NCBI GenBank assembly: GCA_039798785.1
Contig: JBDKFG010000021.1
Span: forward strand, 1 to 64,000
Reading direction: 5' to 3'
Source: Verrucomicrobiota bacterium
GTDB lineage: Bacteria > Verrucomicrobiota > Lentisphaeria > Lentisphaerales > Lentisphaeraceae
DNA length: 64,000 nt
Notes under the pieces: generated by a model
Told to the model about the DNA's origin: nothing
The model's database searches: none
The model's input: only the letters and a program-made list of their open reading frames with translations
Position numbers and translations under genes: made by a program
Part shown: positions 11,309 to 19,352 of the stretch, piece by piece
How positions within the stretch are numbered: the stretch's first letter is position 1
Layout of the letters: every line of letters begins with the position of its first letter

Positions 11309-11443
11309 CGTCTGATCTCCTGGAGGGCTAAAATAACCCGGCTGCGCGGATTTCCGCCCGATGCTCTTGCGCCGGGGAGCGAAAGGTGTGATTATAGGTT
11401 AAGAACGCGTTTAGACGCCGCGTCGCAGCCAGAGGGAACCGCC

Positions 11444-13759
11444 ATGACTTCTTTAAGACTCAGCCTCATCGCCCTCGTCCTGGCGTCCTGCGGCAGCCAG
11501 CCGATCGCAAACCAGGCTCAGACGGCTGCCCCGGCGGCAGCCAAGCCCACCCCCTCCCCCTCCCCCGCCGCCGCGCCGCTGGCCCCGGCCAGCGCCGCCG
11601 CCCGCCTCGAAGCGACCTGCCGCCGCCTCGCGCCGATCTACCGCGCCGCGACTGTCGCCCTCGTTTCACCCGAGAGCCCGGGTTCAGGAAGCGGCGTCAT
11701 CGTCACGCCCGACGGCATCGTCCTCACCGCCGCCCATTGCATCGAAGGCTTCGGCTCGAAGAACGTCCTTCTCCTCTCAGACGGCCGCAAGGTGCGAACC
11801 ACCGCCCTCGGCAAGGATCGCGGCCGCGATTCCGGCATGGTCAAGATCATCGACCCGGCACCGCCCGGCGGCTGGCCCTATGTCCCCCTTGCTCCGACAC
11901 CGCCGCAAGGCTCCTGGGTGCTCGCCATGGGCCATCCCGGCGGCGTCGTCCTCGGGCGTCCCGCCCCACTCCGCCTCGGCCGGATCCACTCCAGCCCGGA
12001 AGACGACTTCATCAGCACCGACTGCACCGTCGTCTCGGGCGACTCCGGCGGCCCGCTCTTCGATCTGGATGGCCATGTCGTCGGCATCAACTCCAACATC
12101 ACCGTACACATCGACGCCAACCGCCACATCCCCGGAAGCCTTTTCATCAAGCAATGGCAGGAACTGCAGCAGGAGCCGAGTCCCGATGAGCTGCCGCCGC
12201 CCCTCGTCCTCTCGCCCGGGGAGGACTGGAACCAGCTCTGTTCGAGGGTCGAGGCGGCCCTGAAGCTGCTGTCCCAGGGCGGGCCGGTCGACTCCGGCCA
12301 TTGCGATCAGCTGATGTCGCGGTCGCGCTACGACGCCCGCAGCAAACGCACCACCCTCGCTCCCGAAGCCAAGCGCGTCCTCGAACTCGCCGCCAATTGC
12401 CAGCGCCAAGGCGGGCGCCTCAGCCGCGACCTGCTGGTGCGAGGCCTGAGCGTCCTCATCCGCAAGCAGGATCCCGCCGCCGAGGCGATGATGAAGTCCC
12501 TCGAAAAAGGCGAGGCAGTCCGCTTCAACGGCAGTCGCCAGGCGCTGGCGGTGATCGAGGCCGCCGCCGGCATCCCTGCCTGGCACGAGAAAATAGGCAT
12601 ACCTCCCTACATGAAATCCCTGCTGACCGCCGAGCTGCAGAGAAACAGCCTCAACGGCCTCGGACGCGAACTCAGCCCGAAACAACTTGACAAGCTGCTC
12701 AAGTCCTGCCCCTACGACAGCAGCCGTGGATCCCTCGGCTTCAACCTCGAGAAGATCATGGGTCTAGGCTTCAAGCCCCAAGAAGCGGCTGCACTGCTCG
12801 GCGACAATCTCACCCTGAAGATCTCCGACGACCTGCGCGACAACGGCGCCGCCTCCCTCAAGCTCCTCGGCGATCAACCCGGCCGCGCCGCCAAGTCCAC
12901 CCTGGTTCTCAAACGAGGCGTCAAACAGATCGCGCTCGCCACCGCCATCTCCGCCGAACGAGCCGTCACCAAAGCCTCCCTGCTCGGCGGCGGCACCGGC
13001 CTGATGGCGACCCTGCCCGACGGCTCCGCCAAGGAAATCCAGGTGATCGGACGCGACGAGGTCGGCGACCTCGCGCTGATCTCGATCAAGGACGCCCAAT
13101 TGCAGCCGGTGGCATGGGCTTCGACCACCCCCTCCCTCGGCAGCTGGATCTACTCCCCTCTGGCTCCCGGCAGCCGCCCGGCTCTCGGCATCGTCAGCGT
13201 CGAGGCCCGCCCCATCCCCAAGGCCCTCCCCTTGGTGATGAACGTCGCCCAGCGCGCCGTCATCGGCGTCCGCTCGGAACGCAATGTCATCACGGAAGTG
13301 AATCCGGATTCCGCCGCGGCTGTCGCCGGCTTGAAAGTGGGAGACCGGATTATCGCCGTCGACGGCAAGAAAATCGTCAGCGACCAGCTTTTCGGCATGT
13401 CGCTCGCCGAATTGCCGGTCGGCACCGAAATCACTCTCTCTGTCAAACGCGGCGAAGAAAAGCTCGATTTGAAGATGAAGATGCGCCCAGCTCCCGAACT
13501 TCCCTTCGGCGACGCCATCGGCGGCACCGATGAGTTGTCGAAATTCGGCGGTGAGCTGAGCCAGCGACGCAGTGGCTTTCCCAAGGCCATCCAACATGAC
13601 GGACTGGTCTGGGCCAGCTCTTGCGGCGGCCCCCTCGTCGGCCTCGACGGCCGCTGCTTCGGCATCAACATCGGCCGCGCCGACCGGATCTGCACCTTCG
13701 CCCTGCCGGAAAACGAAGTCCAAGCAGCGATCGGCCGCATCGAAAAAGCCAAGAAATGA
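11444..13759 (+). CDS. Lipoprotein with two trypsin-like domains and a PDZ domain (HtrA/DegP-like)
   Basis: Lipobox LASC; LTAAHC, DSG, GDSGGP triad; PDZ (SAAAVAGLKVGDRI); degenerate second domain ending SSCGGP. Confidence 0.88.
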   Translation: MTSLRLSLIALVLASCGSQPIANQAQTAAPAAAKPTPSPSPAAAPLAPASAAARLEATCRRLAPIYRAATVALVSPESPGSGSGVIVTPDGIVLTAAHCIEGFGSKNVLLLSDGRKVRTTALGKDRGRDSGMVKIIDPAPPGGWPYVPLAPTPPQGSWVLAMGHPGGVVLGRPAPLRLGRIHSSPEDDFISTDCTVVSGDSGGPLFDLDGHVVGINSNITVHIDANRHIPGSLFIKQWQELQQEPSPDELPPPLVLSPGEDWNQLCSRVEAALKLLSQGGPVDSGHCDQLMSRSRYDARSKRTTLAPEAKRVLELAANCQRQGGRLSRDLLVRGLSVLIRKQDPAAEAMMKSLEKGEAVRFNGSRQALAVIEAAAGIPAWHEKIGIPPYMKSLLTAELQRNSLNGLGRELSPKQLDKLLKSCPYDSSRGSLGFNLEKIMGLGFKPQEAAALLGDNLTLKISDDLRDNGAASLKLLGDQPGRAAKSTLVLKRGVKQIALATAISAERAVTKASLLGGGTGLMATLPDGSAKEIQVIGRDEVGDLALISIKDAQLQPVAWASTTPSLGSWIYSPLAPGSRPALGIVSVEARPIPKALPLVMNVAQRAVIGVRSERNVITEVNPDSAAAVAGLKVGDRIIAVDGKKIVSDQLFGMSLAELPVGTEITLSVKRGEEKLDLKMKMRPAPELPFGDAIGGTDELSKFGGELSQRRSGFPKAIQHDGLVWASSCGGPLVGLDGRCFGINIGRADRICTFALPENEVQAAIGRIEKAKK

Positions 13760-13762
13760 ACC

Positions 13763-13880
13763 GGTTGATAGCTCGAAAGGTTGAAAGGCAAGTAGCCTAG
13801 CAGCCTAGACTCAGTGGAGCCAAGACGCAGTGACTCAGGTTCAAACCTTTCAACCTTATCAACCTTTCAATCTTTCAACC
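13763..13880. repeat. Inverted pair of octamer (ggttgaaa) tandem arrays
   Basis: ggttgata gctcgaaa ggttgaaa versus cctttcaa ccttatcaa cctttcaa tctttcaacc. Confidence 0.75.
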
Positions 13881-14618
13881 ATGAGCTCTTCTAATATCCC
13901 CTTCGGTCCCGGCGTCCGTTTCGTCGCGGAACACGCCAGCGGCCTCGTCGTCCTCGACAAGCCCGAGGGCCTCGCCTCGCACCCCAATGGCCCGGGTCCG
14001 GAGAAGGACACCCTGCTGAAAGCCGCCTACGACCACCAGCGGGAATGCTACCGCTGGCCCCGGGTCGAAGGCGGGATGGAACGCCTCTTCCTCCTCAACC
14101 GCCTCGATTCGCCGACCTCCGGCCTCATCCTCCTCTGCCGCGGCCAGGCCGAGGCGGAGCGCTTCAAGGAGATGTTCAAGGAGCGCCGCATCCACAAGAC
14201 CTACGTCGCCGCGGTGACCTCGCACCAGCCGCGCTGCGGCCTCTGGGAGGACGAGTTGGAGAAGTCGCGTGGCGAGGCTCATGTCCGGGCCCGCGCCGTC
14301 CGCGGCGGCGCCCGGGCGGTCTGCCAGGCCAGCCTGATCACGGCCGATCCGGCCCGCCGCCTCGCCGCCCTCCTCCTCGAGCCGGAAACCGGCCTCACCC
14401 ACCAATTGCGGGTCCAGTGCGCCCTGCGCCAGCACCCGATCGTCGGCGACCGCACCTACGGCGACTTCGCCGTCAACAAGGCCCTCGGCCCCCTCGCGTC
14501 CCGCCTCTACCTGCACGCCGCGCGAATCGAAATCCCCCTCGGCCGCGGCGAGACCTTCAGCGCCCAATCGCCCCTTCCCGCCGCCTTCACCCAGCTCCTT
14601 CCCAAGTGCCGGATCTGA
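13881..14618 (+). CDS. RluA-family pseudouridine synthase (no S4)
   Basis: DKPEGL, NRLDSPTSG, TGLTHQLRV, IVGD.TYG, LYLHA. Confidence 0.9.
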   Translation: MSSSNIPFGPGVRFVAEHASGLVVLDKPEGLASHPNGPGPEKDTLLKAAYDHQRECYRWPRVEGGMERLFLLNRLDSPTSGLILLCRGQAEAERFKEMFKERRIHKTYVAAVTSHQPRCGLWEDELEKSRGEAHVRARAVRGGARAVCQASLITADPARRLAALLLEPETGLTHQLRVQCALRQHPIVGDRTYGDFAVNKALGPLASRLYLHAARIEIPLGRGETFSAQSPLPAAFTQLLPKCRI

Positions 14619-14634
14619 GCTCTGCCGCTCCCTT

Positions 14635-14664
14635 ACTGGATCGGCGGCGTCCCGCCGGCTGTTG
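14635..14664 (+). repeat. REP-like element, left arm
   Basis: actggatcggcggcgtcccgccggctgttg; inverted copy at 15288-15317; related copies at 32190-32313. Confidence 0.8.
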
Positions 14665-14781
14665 TTCGATGTGGCTCGATCATTCTTCCACCGCCCCCCC
14701 ATCGTGCTGCAGCTGATGCCCACGCAAGGACATCGAGTTCCACCGCTCAGTGTTCTTGATTTTGTATTTCGTGCTCTTCTT

Positions 14782-14920
14782 GCCCCGGAGGGGCAGCCGG
14801 CAGATAGCCCAGGGTGTAGTCCGAGGAACGAGGACAAACCCTGGGGCAGTCCCCGTCATTTTCTAGCCCCGGAGGGGCGCCCAGAATGCCTCTCGAGGAG
14901 AATCGGACGCCCTCCGGGGT
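14782..14920. repeat. Second REP-like palindromic cluster
   Basis: gccccggaggggc at 14782 and 14866; cccagggt/accctggg stem; inverted gccctccgggg at 14909. Confidence 0.65.
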
Positions 14921-14952
14921 CTCCAAAACATTTTTCTCCTACCCATCATCGC

Positions 14953-15231
14953 TCATCGGATAAACTCAGCAAGTTTCTGCGGCATCTGATCCAGAAAACG
15001 ACCCAAAGGCAAGAATCCAGAAATTTGACCATTTTTGACGAGAACCAACTCCCCCCATCCATTCGCAACTCCTGCGAGTTGAGGGGCGATCGCTCTTATG
15101 AGTTCTTCTTGTTCATCCCAGTCCCAAATGGTCAAGGCACTCGGGTCCAGGTTATGTTGGCGCCAATAAATCTTGATGGCATTCAAAGCTTGCATACTTG
15201 GCCCGCTCCACTGAGCATGTAGAAAGAGCAC
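14953..15231 (-). CDS. Small thioredoxin-like ORF with WSGPS in place of WCGPC (possibly truncated)
   Basis: LFLHAQWSGPS and ELVLVKNGQI resemble the Trx fold; lower GC; GTG start with an in-frame stop 5 codons upstream. Confidence 0.5.
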   Translation of the reverse strand: MLFLHAQWSGPSMQALNAIKIYWRQHNLDPSALTIWDWDEQEELIRAIAPQLAGVANGWGELVLVKNGQISGFLPLGRFLDQMPQKLAEFIR

Positions 15232-15287
15232 TCCATTTGGCAGTTACATAACGTTTCATCCCCCGTTGTTGTATTCCTCAAGTCCAG

Positions 15288-15317
15288 CAACAGCCGGCGG
15301 GACGCCGGCGATCCAGT
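15288..15317 (-). repeat. REP-like element, right arm
   Basis: caacagccggcgggacgccggcgatccagt, 29/30 match to the reverse complement of 14635-14664. Confidence 0.8.
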
Positions 15318-15331
15318 TGGGGAGCGCCAGT

Positions 15332-17134
15332 TCACATCGCCCCGGCGTGGCGGCGGTGGATGTCGAGGTAGATCGAAGCGTAGAGTTTCTTCGCCGCGGC
15401 CTCCGAGGGAAAGCCTTTCGAGAAATTCTTGCTGACCGGATCCAAGACCAGTTTTGCGGCGTCGGCAAGATGGCGCAGGAGGAGGCGGGGATCGTCGTCG
15501 CCGACCGCCACCCGCACCGTGCTGCGGCTGATCCCGGCGCGGGAAAGCGCTTCTTCGCTGAGTTCGGAATGGGAGGTCAAGGCGGGGCAGAGGACGACGG
15601 TGTTGACCTGGCCGAGCGACACCTGCAGGCCGAAGGCCGGTTCGAGCAGGTCGAAGAAACGCTTGAAGGCCTCCACCGGCATCCCTTGCGCCAGGGCCGG
15701 GCCGAGATCGAAGGTGAAAAGCGGCGCCGGCATGCCCAGATGGAGGAGGCGCTTGGCCAGCTCGAAATTGGGGTCTTCGGGCAAGGCCGGACAGTGGACC
15801 TTGAGGAGCGGATGGCTCGCCAGGGCGCGAGCGAGGAAGGAGGTGTTCACCGCCTTGCGGATCAGGCGCAGCTCCAAGGTGCGCATGCCGGTGAGCACTT
15901 CGAAGGCGGTGTCGGCGTCGAGGAAGGCGCCCTTGATGTAGTAGACGTTCCAGAACAGCGACTCGTTCCAGCGGCGGGTGACCGGGCGGCCGAGGGCGTC
16001 GCTTCCCGGGATTTCGGCGCCTTTGGGCAGGAACATCCGTTCGTTGCGGGCGATCACGGTGCCGGCGGTGGCGTTGCCGGTGCCGCAGATGTCCTTGGTC
16101 AGCGAGTGGACGACGAAGTCCGGCCGCGCCGCTTCGTCATCGCAGCGCAGCACCGGGAAAAGGAAGGGGGTGCCGACGGTGGCGTCGCAGATCACTTCGG
16201 CGCCGAATTGGTGCGCCAGGCGCGAAATCGCCGGGACGTCGAGGACGTAGCCGTGCGGGTTGCAGGGCGACTCGAGGAAGACGTAGAGGCGGCGTCCCTG
16301 CTTGAAGGCGGCGGCGTGTTTCTTCCGGACCGCTTTGAGCGCCTGGGCGAAGGCCACGGCGTCGTGGCCGTCGAAGAATTCCAGTTGGATGCCGAGGTTG
16401 GCGGGGCGGGCGTACCAGTCGTGCAGGAGCTGCCAGGTGCCGCCGTAGACATTGCGGGAGCAGAGGACGAGGTCGCCCTGGCCGAAGAGGTGCGAGAAGA
16501 CCGCGTCGAGCGCCGCCATGCCGGAGTTGAAGTTGAGAGCGAAATACTGGTCGGCGAGGGCGCCGGCCTCGACATCGACGAGCTGGTTGGCGAGGGCGAT
16601 CGAAGTCGGGTTCATCAGGCGCGAATAGATCTCGTGCAAGAGCTCCTTGCCCTGGAAGGCGTCTTCGACCCATTCGGTGCAGGCGTAGAGGTAGGTGGCG
16701 GTGCGGCAGATCACCGGCTGCGACGAGAAGATGGCGGCGACGTTGTCGAAGACCGGCCAGGGGCCTTTGGGGAGGCGTTGGCCGGGCTCGGTGATCAGCG
16801 ACTGGTAGGAGGCGCGCAAGGGGTTTTGCAGGTTGTCGAGGATCTTCGCCATCTGGAAGCAGAGGAAGCGTTTGGCGTTGAACCAGGCGACCTTGTCGCT
16901 GCGGCTCATCTTCGGCAGGAGGGCGGCGGAAGCGGCCCACAACTCCTTCAGGTCGGCATTGGCTTCGTAGAGACGGCTGGCAAGGGGCTTGAGGAGGCGG
17001 TGCTGCTCGCTGTCCGGATCGATGCCGAAGTGGGCGAGCTGCTCCTCGGCGAGAGCAGCGGCGCTCAGGACCTGTGTGCTTTTGCGGCGGGGCGACAGCT
17101 GGCGGCGGGCTTCTTCACGCTGTTGACGCGACAT
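15332..17134 (-). CDS. Cys/Met metabolism PLP-dependent (trans-sulfuration family) enzyme with long N-terminal extension
   Basis: YSRLMNPT, SGMAA, VYGGT, ESPCNP, DAT, HSLTK (PLP lysine), VSLG...PALTSH. Confidence 0.88.
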   Translation of the reverse strand: MSRQQREEARRQLSPRRKSTQVLSAAALAEEQLAHFGIDPDSEQHRLLKPLASRLYEANADLKELWAASAALLPKMSRSDKVAWFNAKRFLCFQMAKILDNLQNPLRASYQSLITEPGQRLPKGPWPVFDNVAAIFSSQPVICRTATYLYACTEWVEDAFQGKELLHEIYSRLMNPTSIALANQLVDVEAGALADQYFALNFNSGMAALDAVFSHLFGQGDLVLCSRNVYGGTWQLLHDWYARPANLGIQLEFFDGHDAVAFAQALKAVRKKHAAAFKQGRRLYVFLESPCNPHGYVLDVPAISRLAHQFGAEVICDATVGTPFLFPVLRCDDEAARPDFVVHSLTKDICGTGNATAGTVIARNERMFLPKGAEIPGSDALGRPVTRRWNESLFWNVYYIKGAFLDADTAFEVLTGMRTLELRLIRKAVNTSFLARALASHPLLKVHCPALPEDPNFELAKRLLHLGMPAPLFTFDLGPALAQGMPVEAFKRFFDLLEPAFGLQVSLGQVNTVVLCPALTSHSELSEEALSRAGISRSTVRVAVGDDDPRLLLRHLADAAKLVLDPVSKNFSKGFPSEAAAKKLYASIYLDIHRRHAGAM

Positions 17135-17212
17135 GGATCACCTCCCTGGGGCTCTGCTCCAGTATACGCCTGAAGGCCCTGCGATGTCCAGTCCCTCGCC
17201 TCGTCCATCATC

Positions 17213-17950
17213 TCACTCGCTAGTGGCGAGCGGCTCCGACGCAGGAATGGAGCTGGGAGAGAACTCCAGCATCGAATGATCACCGATCTCCATTGGACGT
17301 CCGCCGAACTTCTGGCGTGACGGCGAGGACGGGAGAAGAGCGAAGTCGAAAAGGCGCAGCTCCTGGGCCCGTTCGAAGTCGTCGACGATGCCGCCGGCCA
17401 CCATGACGAGACGTCCGTCACGATTGCCCGGCGAGAAGCAGGCCGACTCGCTGCAATTGTCGACGTCTTGAGGCAGACCGATGAAGCTGAGCAGGAGATC
17501 GTAGCGCTCCCCCTTGACCGCCCGGTCGAAGTGGCCACAGGTGACCGCCTGGGCCGAGCTTTCGAGGGCCTCCTTGCTGATCAGCTCCCAGCCCGGAGGC
17601 AGCTTCTCGCGAATCCTCTCGATCAGGAGATGGATTTCATCGCTGAGCCCGGCTTCGGGCTTGGGAGCCTCGGGCCGGAGCACCAGGACGCGGCGTCCGG
17701 CGATCTTCCGCTGCTCCGCCAGCTTTGGCAAGGCGGCGGCGAGATGATCCCCCTTCGCCTCGAGATAGGCCAGATCGGTGCCGCTGGCCGCCCGGGCGTC
17801 GGCCCCGACGACGATGCGGCTGATTGCCAGGACCAGGGTGATCAGGGCGGAGACAGGAGAAAGGAGATGGCACAGCCCCCTGGGGTTGCGCTTGCCCGCA
17901 AAAAAGAGGCCGGCGGTGGCGATGCAGAAGACTAGGAGGAGGAGATTCAT
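17213..17950 (-). CDS. Hypothetical membrane protein
   Basis: Two N-terminal hydrophobic segments; 9 bp downstream of the prepilin-like gene. Confidence 0.65.
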   Translation of the reverse strand: MNLLLLVFCIATAGLFFAGKRNPRGLCHLLSPVSALITLVLAISRIVVGADARAASGTDLAYLEAKGDHLAAALPKLAEQRKIAGRRVLVLRPEAPKPEAGLSDEIHLLIERIREKLPPGWELISKEALESSAQAVTCGHFDRAVKGERYDLLLSFIGLPQDVDNCSESACFSPGNRDGRLVMVAGGIVDDFERAQELRLFDFALLPSSPSRQKFGGRPMEIGDHSMLEFSPSSIPASEPLATSE

Positions 17951-17959
17951 GGGGCCGCC

Positions 17960-18640
17960 TCAGTTGTTTTGCAGATCGAATTCTTTAGCGGCGGTAGACC
18001 CCCAGTCGAGATACTGCTTGAGCTTAAGCGATCCGTCGACAGTGACCAGGATGAAGTTGTTCTCGTCCTTGACCGCCCAGTGGCCGGAAATCGCGGTCGA
18101 GGTGCGGTTCTGCGCCTTGGGATAGATGCCGATCTCACCCACCAGCATCATCATCGAGGGATTCTTCACCTTGTGGATCGAATTGGTCGGGGCGGAGTTG
18201 TACGCAACGCCCCAGTCGCGAGAGGCGAAGACGCCGCGGATGTAGCCGATGTTGGTGTAGTAGGAGGTGCCGACGGCGTTCCTCCACCTCTTGTCGCTCG
18301 GGCAGTTGACCACCTCGAGCTTGGAATCCGCCTTCAGATCCGGATCGATGTAGTAATTGAGCTTGCGCTGCAGGATGCCGAGGTTGCCGCCGCTGCGGCC
18401 GAAGTTGTCTCCTTCCCAGTAGTAGCCCGAAGTGTCGACCGACACAGGATTCCCTTTATTGTTCTTCGCAAACATGTTATGAAAAATCGCCAACTGCTTG
18501 AGATTGCTGCCGCAGGTGACCAGCTGGGCCTTGCGCTTGACCTGGGAGAAAGCAGGCATGAGCAGCGAGGCGAGCACCAGGATGATCAGGACCACCATCA
18601 GCAACTCCAGGAGAGTGAAGTTTCTTTTGCGGCTTTGCAT
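17960..18640 (-). CDS. Prepilin-type N-terminal cleavage/methylation domain protein (PVC-type pseudopilin)
   Basis: RNFTLLELLMVVLIILVLASLLMPA...C.SNLKQL; CPSD. Confidence 0.9.
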   Translation of the reverse strand: MQSRKRNFTLLELLMVVLIILVLASLLMPAFSQVKRKAQLVTCGSNLKQLAIFHNMFAKNNKGNPVSVDTSGYYWEGDNFGRSGGNLGILQRKLNYYIDPDLKADSKLEVVNCPSDKRWRNAVGTSYYTNIGYIRGVFASRDWGVAYNSAPTNSIHKVKNPSMMMLVGEIGIYPKAQNRTSTAISGHWAVKDENNFILVTVDGSLKLKQYLDWGSTAAKEFDLQNN

Positions 18641-18758
18641 GGAGAGACTCCGTTTGAAGGCTTAGTTTTGCGAGGATCGTTTCTACCCGCCTTAATGAGC
18701 GCCCAGGCCCGGACTTGACAGGAAACAGAGTTTTTTTCGAAAAAATCTCGAGGTCAGC

Positions 18759-19352
18759 ATGAATTCCCGCAGCGACGACACCCGCCACAGCCTGCTCCTC
18801 CGCCTCGGGGAGAGCCGGAACGAACTGGCCTGGGAGCTCTTCTACGACTACTACCAGGGCTTCATCAGCAGCCTGCTCCGCCGCCGACGCCTGCCCTCCG
18901 CCGACGTCGCCGACCTCCGCCAGGAAGTCTGCCTGCTGTGCTGGAAAGCCCTTCAGTCGGGCCGCTACGATCGCAGCAAGGGGCGTTTCCGCAATTGGCT
19001 GGCGGCGGTCTGCTGCAACGCCGTCAACGCCCACCTGCGCAAGTTCCAGCGGCAGCTGCGCGACCGCGACGCGCTGGCCGCCGAAGAGGAGGGCGCGCAG
19101 CTCGAAGGGGGCCATTCTCCCGCTTGGGTCGAAGAGGAATGGCAGATCCATCTGATGCGCCTCGCCTGGGACGAAGCCAAGCTGCATTACAGCGAAAGCG
19201 TCCTGCGGATCTACAAGCGGCTGTTGGCCGGAGAGGATGCCAAGCTCGTCGCCAGCCAGGAAGGCGTGGCGGAAAACACCGTCTATGTCTACCGCAATCG
19301 CGTCGAAGACAGCCTCGCAGCCTATGTCCGCCAGCTCGACGCCTACTTGTAA
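18759..19352 (+). CDS. ECF RNA polymerase sigma factor
   Basis: TRHSLLLRL...AWELFYDYY, DL.QEV, KGRFRNWL, C-terminal region 4 HTH (ENTVYVYRNRV). Confidence 0.9.
   Translation: MNSRSDDTRHSLLLRLGESRNELAWELFYDYYQGFISSLLRRRRLPSADVADLRQEVCLLCWKALQSGRYDRSKGRFRNWLAAVCCNAVNAHLRKFQRQLRDRDALAAEEEGAQLEGGHSPAWVEEEWQIHLMRLAWDEAKLHYSESVLRIYKRLLAGEDAKLVASQEGVAENTVYVYRNRVEDSLAAYVRQLDAYL

Noticed and set aside
10064..11443. N-terminal 460 aa of the 1231-aa ORF
   Set aside because: Antisense shadow of 10097-11308; the real start is the lipoprotein signal at 11444
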